From NCBI GenBank assembly GCA_030248215.1, contig JASANG010002922.1, forward strand, positions 186,001 to 250,000: 64,000 bases of DNA. The letters run 5' to 3'. Of the stretch, positions 27,534-40,021 are shown piece after piece (the stretch's first letter is position 1; each line of letters begins with the position of its first letter). Both the position numbers and the translations under genes were made by a program. Below the pieces are notes generated by a model. It was given only the letters and a program-made list of their open reading frames with translations. It did no database searches and had not been told where the DNA came from. The stretch comes from Enoplolaimus lenunculus. Taxonomy: Eukaryota.

Positions 27534-27728
27534 GGCAAATGTAAAGAACAGCGGCGGAACAGTACTATAAGCATATTCCTAAGCGTAAGCCTAAGCCTGA
27601 GACTAAGCGTAAGAATGAGTTTATTCCTAAGCCTAAGCCTAAGCCAAGCAAAAAATTTGTCTAAAGCTTAAGCTTACTCTTTTCTAATCCCACAGAAAAA
27701 CGTTCCGCCCCTGTTTTTTACATGGGCC
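27534..27728 (-). mobile_element. TTAGGC-carrying MITE, subfamily A, with a perfect 8-bp TSD
   Basis: TAGGTTAG at 27526-27533 and 27729-27736; internal GCCTAA units. Other copies at ~21092-21290, 28286-28493, ~28535-28689, 30086-30281 (TSD AAGTATTT/AAATATTT), 34649-34791 (AGATACTG/GAATACTG), ~43300-43396, ~56677-56888 and ~63945 onward. Confidence 0.9.
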
Positions 27729-29149
27729 TAGGTTAGGACGCACTGATTTTCATACCTGTATCAGTGCCGAATCAGGCACGGGTGGGAGATGCCGCCAAAT
27801 TCCAGGGTTTGGGCCCTCAAACTCGCGAGCGAGAAGCAAGACGCATTTTAAAACTTACGCGGTTTTGTTTCAACCGGTTTGGGTGGGGCCCGTTTATGGG
27901 TGGGGCCCCCCAAATGGGGGTATGGGGGGTGGCGGCTCCGGCCCTGACCTGTAGTAAAGCATACTCTTTTAACCATAATTTTACCGAGTGGCACATTCCT
28001 ATAACTAATGTTTATGAACGTTTCCTGTTACATTTTGTTAAGTGGGTCTACCTTGGGACTGGTAAAAATAAAAAAATTTTAGGAGGGGCATACAAGAATT
28101 TTCGATAACTTCCAAGCGAAGTGGATTGTTTTCTAGGGGGCAATGTTTTGATAGTAGAGCGGAGCCCTCCTGGTTCATCTTTGTTTACGGGTCTGGAATA
28201 TAGTTTTATATAAGACTTGTCTGTATTATTAAAGTTTTAAATTAGAAATCAGCTTTCAGTGGGCTACAGTTGTGTTTTCCAATTTGGCCCATGTAAAGAT
28301 CAAGGCGGATCTTTCCTGTGGGTCTGCAATAGAGTTAAATCTTTTAAGCTTTAGACTAATTGTTTTGCTTAGACTTAGATTTAGGTTTCGGCTTGTATTT
28401 AGGTTTAGGCAAGTTCATTCTTACGCATAAGCTTAGGCTCAATATGAATATTAGGCTTATACTACTGTTACGACTCTATTCTATACATTGGCCACGACTT
28501 TTAAAGACATGATAAGCGGTTTTTTTGAATTGCTGGCCAATGAAAATAACAGGAGCGGAACAACATGATACGCATATTCCTATAAGCCTAAGCCTCAGCC
28601 TAAACCTAAGCCAAGCGAAAAAATAGTCTAAAGCTTAAGCTAACGGTATTGTAGTCCCACAGAAAAACGTTCCGCCCCTGATCTTTACCAAACTTTGCCG
28701 ATCTCGATTGGCTGGTTTGATATTCGTGTCTCAGGTTTATGCAAAGATCAGCGGCGGAACGTTTTTCACTGGCCGTGTCTTATTAAGCGCAAGAGCAATG
28801 TCTAAACCGCTGCTGTTTATTTCGCGGGCCTTTTCAGACTATTTTTTTGCTTAGATTTACGCTTTAGCATCAACCCAGGCTGAGACTTAGGATTACGATT
28901 AGCACTATTTTCACGCTTTAACCTTTTAGGCTGAGAAATATGCCTAATATAGAGTTACGTCTCCGAAGTGACATTAGCTTTTTTCCTAATAGAGCACATT
29001 TACGAGCGCTGTTTAACGATAACTACGCGTATGTTCAGTGTACAAAATCTCTACAAAACTTTAGATAACCCGAATAAAATAGAAAATATTCATGGGATGA
29101 ACGAGTTCATGGAAACATTTTCAATTTTAATATTCTTATTGCAACAAAA

Positions 29150-32100
29150 TCAAATCAGGATTGTAAGGAATGCGTAGCTAATTGCATAGCTAGTAAAATG
29201 ACCAACAAAATGACACGATTTCAATTGGCTGTTTTGCGTTTCATGCACAGCTTTTGTTTCGTATTCGGCACGGTTTTGCTCCTTCAACTCGAGTTGCTCT
29301 GATTCATTATGCTCTTTTTGTCTTTGATCGTCATCGTTTAACGGAATGTCGCGTGTTTGTTTAGGCTGAGATTTAAGCTGTTGTCTTGACGACTGGAATT
29401 TGTTAGATCTTTTGGTGTTTAACTGCTTCTTCAACCCATTATCGTTGTTTAGCGATACTCTGGTACTCGAGCGAGCGCTTGCCATGGTGCCTAGAGTCAG
29501 CTCTCGGTTCGGCGAACTGGTTTCAATTATACCTTCATTCCAGCTATTGGTAGTATTTGGTGTTAATTTTACGTTGGATTCGTATCCTGATATCGGGGAA
29601 CGGTGGTTTGCATCGACATTGAAAAGTTCATCTCCGCCAAACGTATTTCCGCTATTCGAAAGTTGATTTTTAACAATCGTCCTTGTGTCTAACGTTTCTT
29701 TTGGCATAACCAGTAACGATTGGTCAGTTTGACTACCACCAGAAGACCCAGTAGATGCAGTTGAAGTCAACTCAAATCCACTTTTTGAGGTCAGGGTATA
29801 TTTGGGTGAAGTTGTCAAATGTAAACTGGTGGCACCATTGAAAAGACGACTGGCAGTAGGTTGGGGTGCAAGCTTTAATTGAGAGTCTCGAGTACATACT
29901 TGGTCATACTCGACAGTATTGCAATCATCGGTAATACATGCGTATATGTATAACACTGCGGCACCGTTTGATACTTCGTACTGTGAGCATCCGATGGTCA
30001 TTCCTGCCTGAAACATCAGTATTCTCAAATGTGTGTAGCATTGATCGCCAATTTGTTATAAATCCTGTAGCGGTTTAAAGTATTTTGCCAATGTATTAAA
30101 CAGAGCTGTAACAGTAGTATAAGCATATTCCTCTTAAGCCTAGGCTTAAGTGTAAGAATGGCCTTTACACGTAAGCCTAAGCCCGAGCCTAAGCCTATCA
30201 AAAACAATTACACTAAAGCTTAAGCTTACTCTATTGCAGTCCCGCAGAAAATCGTTCCGCCCTCGCAATTTTACATGGGCCAAATATTTAAATTCTAATC
30301 TAAAGTTTCACACTCTACTATCGCTGAACTAAAATTATGCAGTTTTACATGGTTTCTAGTTTACAATGACGTTTCTGACCGCATTTTACCTCTTCGGACC
30401 ACGACGAGAGCGTACTGCTGTAAAATTGTCGTAGTTTACTGGAAAGTGCAATAGGAAGAACAGACTTAAGCCCAGAGATGGAAGTGAACGGTTCCGTAGC
30501 CATTCCGCCTCACACCGCTCTACGGACGATTTTTTCAAGTTGGCACCAATGGGCTGTCAGTCAATGTGGGAACCAGGACTTCAGACCTTTCAAATAAGCA
30601 GCTGGAAAAGCGGGCTTCCGGAGCGGGGATCGAGCTCTCAGCCTACGGATCGTTAAGCGAACACTCTACCACTTCGCCACGCTGCATGCTGCCAGCAAGC
30701 ATACAATACAATGTGCATTGCATTTATTACATATTATGCACTAGGACAAGCATGTCTCACATGCTTACAAGGGTGTTAAGCAGATACCTCTGCCACGCCT
30801 GTCCGACAAATTTGAAATTATATGCAAATTTTTGCAATTTTTCCATCTCCTCGTGCCTTTAGAACTAATTTAGGTGCAGTTTTAAACTGATTTGGCAAGG
30901 GGCAAACCAGAAATATTTGATAAAAGATGTGAAGATTTTCGATGGTTAATAGTGTGCGAAAAAAATTACAGCCTACTTTCAGGTAAAAATTTCAAAAAAG
31001 CTTTGACCCATTTTTACCCTACATATACGGCTGCCTGCCCCTGTGGTATAATATTTTGACTCCCTATTATATTTTGATTCACCTAATGTAGTGTATTTTC
31101 ACCACCACTATATTTGTACCTTCCATTATATTTCGACCCCCATTATATTTTGACCCAATAACGCATTATATTGAGACCCCATAATAAATTATAATTTGAC
31201 CAAAATTTTACACTGCAGAAAAGGGTGAGTCAAATTGACACTCTCCGAAATAGGCTATCCTGACTACACAAACTAAGGCAAAATTCGACATTGCCTGAGT
31301 CAAATTCGACTCAGTTTGACTCTGGCGGAGCTAATTTCACATCTACTCAGTTTTTAGATAGCCTTATATATACTATACAATATGTAATCATATGGACATT
31401 AATGTTTTTAATAATATATGTGAGTACATTATCAAATGGGTTTATTTTGACGAATACGACACAAAGGTATAAAAGGGAAACTTTCGTAAGTCATTTGATC
31501 GGTTTTCAGTGCAAACAGTCGATGGGACGCAAGCCGTTATTCTACAGTCGGAAAAAGTAAGAGTTGTGGTCGGTAGCGAGATGAAAGATAGGTTTTTACA
31601 TGAGCTACACAGCAGCGATACTGACGGTAGCTATTTTAGAAGCAATGCAACGAGGAAAAAAGTAAGCGAAATGTTCTGATGATAGTGGTACACATACGAT
31701 GTGATAAAATATTATATATGTTGTGCACAATGCCAGCGGTTTAATCCAAGCTTCAAACCTGCTCCCGCGTTGCTGCATATAATTTCTAAAACGTGAAAAT
31801 TTGGAAAATTTCAACCATGTGACGTTTTATACTTTCTGAAGTGTCTTGATTGAAATAATATTATAATGGAGGGGTCAAAATATAATACATTAGGGGGTCA
31901 AAATATAATACATTAGGGGGTCAAAATATAATGGGGGGTGCAAATATAATGGAGGTGAAAATATAATGCATTAGGGGGTCAAAATATAATACAAAAGGGG
32001 CCAAAATATAATGGGGGTCTAAATATAATACAAAAGGGGCCAAAATATAATGGGGGTCAAAATATAATACAAAAGGGGCCAAAATATAATGGGCGTCTAA

Positions 32101-35029
32101 ATATAATACAAAAGGGGCCAAAATATAATGGGGATCTAAATATAATACAAAAGGGGCCAAAATATAATGGGGGTCTAAATATAATACAAAAGGGGCCAAA
32201 ATATAATGGAGGTCAAAATATAATACAAAAGGGGCCAAAATATAATGGAGGTGAAAATATAATACAAAAGGGGCCAAAATATAATGGAGGTCAAAATATA
32301 ATACAAAAGGGGCCAAAATATAATGGAGGTGAAAAGGTGGATGTCCGTCCGTCCGTCTGTCCGTCTGTCCGTCCGAAAAGAATCTCAGGAACGGCTGAAC
32401 CGATTTTGATAAACTTTTTTTGTTTGAAAGCCAATTATCCTGGGGTGTTAACCTCGCATTGGGGTTTTACAATTTTAAGCCGTTTATTAGCTACAGGTTA
32501 ATTTGCATAATTAATTAAGCCTAAATTAGGACTTTCCACAATATTTCACTAATTATTACAGTTAGAAGCAATCTAATTTTAGCATTAAAGGGTTTTTGGG
32601 TGCGAGGAATCTGCGTAGACTGTTTACAAACCTCCAAAACCGATAATTGAGCAGTTAGCTAATAGATAATTTGCATATTAGCATAGTTTATAAGCCTAAA
32701 TTAGGACTTTTTACAATCTTTCACTAATTATTAAGGTTAAAAGCAATATAATTTCAGCACTAAAGGATTTTTACCGTAATTGCTTACGTGTGTTCGAGCT
32801 TCGCTCAATAAATGTAGTCCCACTACGACTGGTATATTAGTGAAGTCAAAATATAATGTGGGTCCAGATATAATGGGAATGAAAATATAACACATTAGAA
32901 GAGTCAAAATATCATACGACACCCCAAAGGTCGGCTAAATCCACCCCGTCACGCTCCACATCATGGGACAAGCGCCCCGTCACCCTTCAACCCCTGGCTA
33001 AAATTTTAAATATTTCATATGATGCATGATATATACCGAGACGAAAAATTATCTGCCACCAAACGTAAGTCCGTTTCCAGTCCAGAGCAGGAATAAACAG
33101 AACACAACTGCAATTGGCAACTTGCAGCTGGAAGGTACAAATCTTATTGATGCAACGTAGAACAAATCTTTCAGCTGCAAGTTGTAACCTTAAGTTCTCG
33201 CTGCAAAAACTGTCGAGATACTTGTGTTTACTTCACCACAAAGACTCCACCACACAGAATAAGCGTGGGCCGAAGCTTAAGCCTGGGCTTGATCAGCCTG
33301 AACCTCAGCCTGAAACCTAAACTTAACCACAAATACTCGTTTCTTACCCGATCCAAGCACGACTGTTTTCGAAATACTGGCTTTGCCATTCTGCCATGAA
33401 TAAGTTCAGTAGTAACACATACGGTACTGTTGATAAGACCTTCACATGAGTAAGGCTCGACTCCATTGCAAGTGATTCCCGTGGGTTCTTGGTCTGTCCT
33501 GCTATTAGCTCTTTGATCTTCGCCGCCGAGGCTGCTATCATCAAGTCCCGGAATTTGAGAAATTTCGCGGCACGAACACTGAAGCGCTACAAAATATAAA
33601 TTGCATTTGGTAACACTGTATATATATTGATGCAGTGGCATGTCAAAAAAACTAGCAAATTTATGGTAAGCAATGAGACTAAGCGACTCAAAAACTTATG
33701 CAAGTTCCACAATAACATGCATACACCAGGTGACTTTTGAGGGGGTAGTGTCATGTGCATTGAAGCCAAAACGCTTCAGTATCCTGAACGCTGAAGCGAA
33801 AACGCTTCAGTATCCTGGACACAGGTTTTTTGGCCTCAGTATCCAGTCAGTATTCAGGATACTAAAGCTTTTTGGCTTCAGTATGCGGTACACTGAAGCC
33901 AAAAAAGCTTCAGTGTCTGGGACACCGAAGCCAAAAAGCATCGGTATCCAGGATACTGAAGCCAAAAAAGCTTCAGTGTCCATGACATTACCCCGTCAAA
34001 AGTCATCTGGTGTACGCATGTTTATTGTGGAAATTGCATTAACTTTTGTTCATTCTTAGGATGGCGCTATACTTGTCGTGTGGCGCCGGACGGTGGCAGA
34101 AGGTCACGTACGATACCGCTAGGTGACGTACGGTGACGGACGGCGACGGACAGCGACGGACGGTTCGGTACGTCATCAAAGGTATAGCGCCTCCCTAATG
34201 GTCCAAATCAGTTTTGCTCGCCCGGAAAAACATCTCTACTCTTGTCTTCAATACTAAATGTAAACACTACTGAAATAAAATCGTATTGTCAGTGCGGCGG
34301 ATTTAGAAATTTTTGGCGGTGACGGGATATTCGCAGGGAGCGACCGTACATAAAATTACCGGATACCGGAACCCGGTAGTAAATTTTGCAATGCATCCGA
34401 ATCACTTAGATTCAAGCACTGCGGGTTTGTGTGGCTCAAATGTAGACATACGTCTGCTGAATTATTTAACTTAATTGTTAGCTTGGGTTGTTCATTCTGA
34501 TTCAGTATCAATAAATTTAGTGTCTTGACTTGCCAGGAAATGCAGTTGCAACAAAATGTTTGATATTAAGATATGTAAAAGCAGTTGTATGATATCCGAA
34601 TTCACAACCACAAACAACTCGTATCCGGTATACTTATACAAGATACTGGGCCCATGTATAGAACAGGGCCGAAACAGTATTATAAGCATATTCCTAAGCC
34701 ATAAGCCTAAAGCAAAAAATTAGTCTAAGCTTAAACTGACTCTATTATAGCCCCTCCGGAAAACCATCCGGCCCTGTTCTATACATGGGCCGAATACTGG
34801 AACATGACACGAACTTCGGTTTTTGCCTGATATTAAATCGGAACCGGATATCCGGCAACATCCTAACTATGCCACAAATTACAGCGAAAAAACGCTAGCG
34901 AGCGATGCATGCGACGAGCCAAAGCAAGTTTATATACTACCAAATCTTACCACAAAATTATGATAATCTCTGGGCCCCCCGACGCGCAACACAACAACAA
35001 AAAAAAAAACAAAAAAAAAAAAAACACCA

Positions 35030-35073
<44 letters not shown>

Positions 35074-35205
35074 ATTTGCCGTGCCGCGCGCCGGCGTCCG
35101 CGGCGTGCGGCGGCGCTCAGCGGGTATAGCGCAATCCTTACAAACCATCCCGGACTGCACAACGCAGAATGTAGCTGCGATCATTCGTTTGCGATCGACT
35201 TTCAT
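29150..35205 (-). CDS. Secreted/cell-surface protein, ~386 aa: signal peptide, Cys-rich three-finger (LU / activin-receptor-like) domain, long Ser/Thr/Asn-rich stalk, hydrophobic C-terminus (probable GPI signal)
   Basis: In-phase exons 35142-35205 (MKVDRKRMIAATFCVVQSGMV), 33348-33586 (S-LQCSC...ITC...SC...VC...SCLDR) and 29150-30007 (AGMTIGC...YACITDDCN...FTSYAISYAFLTILI*). An LxCxC start and C-x4-CN end are typical of three-finger folds. Confidence 0.75.
30555..30769 (-). mobile_element. Short TG...CA-bounded repeat with a degenerate tRNA-like core
   Basis: Minus strand reads TGTAAGCATG..CTTGTCC.. then GTGGCGAAGTGGTAGAGTGTTCGC..GCTCGATCCCC (A/B-box-like). Homologous copy at 55722-55970; end fragment at ~10725-10790. 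Confidence 0.6.
31860..32335. repeat. 39-bp minisatellite built from two AAAATATAAT-containing subunits
   Basis: Unit AAAATATAATACAAAAGGGGCCAAAATATAATGGGGGTC repeated about ten times. Inverted degenerate units at ~31048-31200; further units at ~32845-32915. Confidence 0.9.
32337..32833 (-). mobile_element. Second, shorter Helentron/DINE-like copy
   Basis: Reverse complement of the 9128-10030 element, including (GTCC/GTCT)n and GTTCGAGCTTCGCTCAAT, with fewer internal tandem units. Confidence 0.65.
33699..34038. mobile_element. MITE with ~55-bp terminal inverted repeats and internal CTGAAGCCAAAAAAGCTTCAG hairpin repeats
   Basis: TGCAAGTTCCACAATAACATGCATACACCAGGTGACTTTTGA ... TCAAAAGTCATCTGGTGTACGCATGTTTATTGTGGAAATTGCA, with TTA on both sides. 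Confidence 0.75.
34059..34195. mobile_element. Small PIF/Harbinger-like MITE
   Basis: TTA|GGATGGCGCTATAC ... GTATAGCGCCTCCC|TAA with internal GACGG repeats. Confidence 0.55.
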
Positions 35206-35444
35206 TGTTTAATACAAATACCAAACATTTTCAACTACGAAAGTGACCAAAACAGAACCATTAACGCAGACATTTTATGGTGTTGGCCCTGCCGACCAAA
35301 CCAAATCCCACCCTGGTAGCCGCACGTGAATTTTATAGACACTTTGAAGCCATACATATTTAAAGATTGTAATGTTTCTGTAAAATGTCGTGTTGAGCGA
35401 TATCATAAATTGTAAAGCCAACGTTTTATCGTATCAATTTTATA

Positions 35445-35605
35445 TACATATACATACATATATATAAATATATATTATATATTATATATGAATATATTAT
35501 ATATATGTATATATTATATATGTATAATATATACAATATATATTATATATAATATGTATACATATTATATATAATATATATATATTTTACACGAACTATA
35601 TATAA
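35445..35605. repeat. (TA)-rich low-complexity microsatellite
   Basis: Almost entirely alternating A/T. Confidence 0.85.
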
Positions 35606-36081
35606 ATCGGGTAACTTTAAAATTTCGTAGGGAACACACTTGCTAAAACTTACACTTCGATGTGTCATATATTCAAATGTTTAGCCATAAATTGCACTTC
35701 AAGGCACAAATTCAAATTTATTAACCAAAAGGTTCGATTTTTTTTTCAACTAAACGTAGCGTAATTTGACTTTAAGCAGCGTTTATATATATGTCACCCA
35801 GGTTTTGCGAAATTCTTAATTGAACGGCTACAGTGGCGGATTCCGTGTCTCGTTGTGAGAGAGAGATACATTTCCTGGTTTAAGCTGAATTACAAATGCT
35901 AGAATAAAACATTCGGACAACGCAAAATTTGTCTCTGAAAATACAGACAAATTTTAAGCGATTAAACAACAAAACAGCCCGAATATAATTTTTTTCAAAA
36001 TTTCAAATTAAAATTTCGATAAATCCACAAATCGGTCAATGCGTTGAACAGCGAGCCCGTGTTGCGTCTGGCAACTATTAA

Positions 36082-36344
36082 CCTCTTCTCACATTAAGTT
36101 GCCTGTAGGCAACTCAGCGCAGTGTATATACGTTAAATAGTATAGATCGCACCGTGTTTAACAATTGCAACACGTATACATAGTACTAAATCACCACAAG
36201 ACGTGAGAGCCCCCTCGGGCTCGAGCGTCAAGCTCCTATAGCTGAGTGGTGATGGTATACGCCTCCCACTCCAGTCACTGGAGTTCGAATCCTAGCATAA
36301 AAGTAGGTCTCAGGGGAAATATAAAATATTCATGTGAGAAAGAG
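36082..36344 (+). mobile_element. piggyBac-type MITE (TTAA TSD) enclosing a tRNA-like core
   Basis: TTAA|CCTCTTCTCACAT ... ATGTGAGAAAGAG|TTAA; internal TAGCTGAGTGG and GTTCGAATCC at ~36232-36300. Inverted copy at 59057-59316. Confidence 0.8.
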
Positions 36345-39300
36345 TTAAGCGTAAACCGAAGCATAACGCAAAAACATGTGAGGAAATACGTCAACAAGAG
36401 CCCATCTTCTAAGCCTAAAGCCTAAGCTTGTCAGTCTGTAAGTTCAACGTCTCCCTGCCTTCCGGCAGGCCATGTTCAGGCTCCTATAATTAACATGACG
36501 TAACCTTGAATAACCAGAAGTACAGGAGGCTCTTGAACGCTAATTCAGTTTGTTTTAGTCAAAATATTAGCAAATATTTGCACCGTATGTGTGAACTAAA
36601 AAATGAAAAAATGACAAAAAAACTAGAAAAATTATCTCTTTTTCTATTAATACTTATATTTACATCGCGAAAAACGCATAAAATATTTTATATTAAAAGT
36701 GTTGGTGGCACAAACCTCGTTACCTGTCACCTACTCCAACAAAAAATAGCGATAAAGTGAATATATAAGACGAATTGGACCACGAAGTATAGAATCGGTA
36801 AACAAATGTAATAAAAAATAGAGTTTTAACACAAAAAATGTGTTAAAATTATTGTTAGAAACGTTGTCTTCAAAATTTGCATTAAAATTTTAACACATGT
36901 ATTAAGAATAGAACGGTGCGATGGATGTAGCAATACTTTGCACTGCAACTGCGAGTTGTGCGGTGAGGTAGAAGGCCACCTCCATAAGGGTCGTTACTGC
37001 CTCCGCTGGCCACAAATATTCCTCCGTTGGCACTGAAAGATTTTTTAATGTTAGGATAATAACGCTTGTATCCTCTATATATCTGGACGCAAAAAATGAT
37101 GAGTCAAATTGTCTCTCTCCAAAATAGGATCTACGGGACTACTACTTACACAAACTGAGTCAAATTCGACTCCGCGATAGTCAAACGTGCGACTCGTCAG
37201 TGAGTTGAATATGACTCTAACCGAGTGGAATTTGACTCAGTTTGTATAGTCTCGTAGAACCTATTTCGGAGAGTGTCAACTTGAGTCACCTTTTTTGCAG
37301 TGTACTTTCCCCCCTCAAGGGTTAAAACCATTCCTGGCAGCGGACTCTTTGTGGTGCTGATGTGACTAATTCACAAATACCGTAACACGCAATATTAATT
37401 GTGTTGTTGATGGTAATCACTTTTTGGTTTAAAAAATAAAATTACACAATTTTTAAGCAGCATTTTTATAATGAATTCTAACGAAAAATGTAAAAAATGT
37501 GTTTAAAATTACAGGCAATTTTGCATTCATATACGCTTAAATTTGTGATTCACCGACAGAAATTGAACCTAATTATGGATTATAGAATGCTTTTAATTGA
37601 GAAAATAAATGAAACGCAAAAACTGCAAAAAGTGACACTTTATAGGTTTATACTGCCTAAAAACAAAATATTTTACTCAATTTATATACGATTAAAACTA
37701 TAGGAACCAGATATGCTTGCTTAAGTAGTTGGTCACTAAATCTGAACAACAGGCGTGGCAAAAAAATTTTCATACCTGCGGGCCAATTTAACATCAAAAT
37801 TCCAGGACCAAGTTACGGTTATCAGTCCACCAATTAGACGGTAAATTCCGATGAGTTGACTAATCAACTCAAAGAGCGAATTAGCCATTTCTGGTTATTT
37901 CTCAGTTGAAAACAGTAAACATTAAATTAGCTCTGAGTTGATTTAATTCCGGGTCGGTTAATTAATTAACTCAAAATGAGTTAATTCAATTCGGAATTCT
38001 GAGTTCTGAGAGACCTAATTCAGAACTCAGACTTCTGAGTGGATTCTATACTGATTCTGAGTTAAAATCAACTCACTGGAATTTACAGTGTACAAGCATT
38101 GAAATTAGTCGATCATGAAGAGAAATCTTCCCATCGACACGTATGCGGCAAAATATCACCTCGTGTCAGATAGCGAACGGTTACTGATATTTAAAGCTCG
38201 TTCTATATATTTTTTTCGAATGTTTTCAAAATGCAATACTTTATGTGCAAAAAAGCAAGCAAAACTGCACAATTTTATGCAAACAGTTTAACGCCCAATA
38301 CAATCGGAGGTTTTCAACGCATAAAATAAAGCTAAACCGAAGCTAAATACTACTAAAGATGTGAGAACCGACTTGTCGGCGTTTATAAGTTTTTCAAGGA
38401 TGCTTTGAAATTGAGAGGTTCAGCGACAAAAATAAGTGGCAAAATTATCGTTTTTAGCTATTAACGAAAAGTTTATTCTACAGTAGGAGAAGCGGTAGGA
38501 TCTATGAGTAGGGGGGCATCGGAAAACTCGAGTTGTCAGCTTTTTGAAATAGAGCTGGTGCTGCGGTTACCCAAAATTCTAATTTCCCGGGTAGTATCCA
38601 AATTTCTCAAAAGCTTAGGCTATTCAGAAGTTTAGGTTTACACTCAGGTTTAGGCTTAAGTTTGAGCCTATGCTTTCGGCTAAAGTTCAAGCGTACGCTT
38701 AGTTTCGCGCATATGCTAGAAAGTCCATAGGCCGACGGATGCAGGGGGGGCAGCCCTTCTGTAGCCAGATTGGCACTTTTATTCCCCTACAATTGAGAAA
38801 CTTGCTCGCAGTGCCTGAGCAGACACGGGTGACGGTTCCCCGAAACTCGCGAGCGAAGTGAGCGAGAAGCTAGACGCATTTTATTGCCAAAGCACACAGA
38901 AAATTTGTTGCGCAGAATTTTGGGCGAAACCCCTAACCAACTATGAAATTTTCAGATATCGGAACACAAATTTGCACTGTACGTTTGATTTGAACCCTGA
39001 AAAAAATTTGCACTCGGCAGACGGTGGGGGATACGTTCCCCATCCCCCCTGGATCCGCCCGTGATGTTTATTTTTAGGGTTAGTCTTAGGTTTAGGCTTA
39101 GGTTTAGTGATAAGCTCTGGTGGTCAGGTCTCTATAGTTATTATGAGCTTAGGCTTATATATCGCCAGCTCGAAGTTGAGACTAAAGAATAGTTTTTGTG
39201 TTTTTGAACAAAATACAACTGCATACAGGGGTTCTCGACATTTGATACGTTTCGATCACTGGTAAATTTAAAAATACCACAACCCAAATATTCGAAATTT

Positions 39301-40021
39301 AGCAACACCATTTGTACGTGACTTTGAGCACTTAAAACTTCATTAAATGTAAACACAAACGACGTAAATTGACTCAAAATAATAGCGATAGGCGACGTGT
39401 GGTAATTTTTAATAAGTTTTACAGCCCAGCGACCGGAGCCCGGCGACGTCCGGCATCGCAGAATAATTTTTAGTAGGTTTTATGGCGTCGCATGCCGGCG
39501 CAAAGCCGAGCGCTGCGACGTTCGACGGACGTGCGACGAGTACAACTCAACCCTTACTATACTTAGACTAAAGTCCAGCTTAGAATCAAACATAATTTAG
39601 ACGTATTAGGCGTCCAAATTTTGTCCAGGATCTAAACCTATTCTACGTACATGGTCCATATCGGTTTTATGAAGCATAATTTGATCCGAAAATGCCTGAA
39701 AAATATTTTCCACGTAACATTTAAACTATACAAATAAAAACAAACAGTTTTGTAGAAATTTTATATCGGAAAAACCTGGTTGAAAATGAAATTTTACGAT
39801 ATGAAATTGTGAAAACTTCCGGGCCGAAATTCTGCATTCGAAACGGTTATTCATAAATATATTTAGCTTGAACAGGTTGACTGTTGAAATAGTATACCTG
39901 TGCAAGCAATATTTCCAATGAATAAAAAAATTACTTGTGAGTAGGCTTAGGCTTTGGTTCAAGTTTTACGTTTAGAATAGGGCTTACCTTAGAATAAGCC
40001 TTATTGGGTTTTCCTAGACTG

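Noticed and set aside
31921..32316. 131-aa ORF with a 13-aa repeat; regular spacing superficially like a CRISPR array
   Set aside because: A 39-bp minisatellite with no unique spacers, no cas genes and a eukaryotic context.
34905..35319. Poly-Pro / poly-Gly / poly-Lys ORFs
   Set aside because: They arise from homopolymer runs; only 35142-35205 on the minus strand is used, as exon 1.
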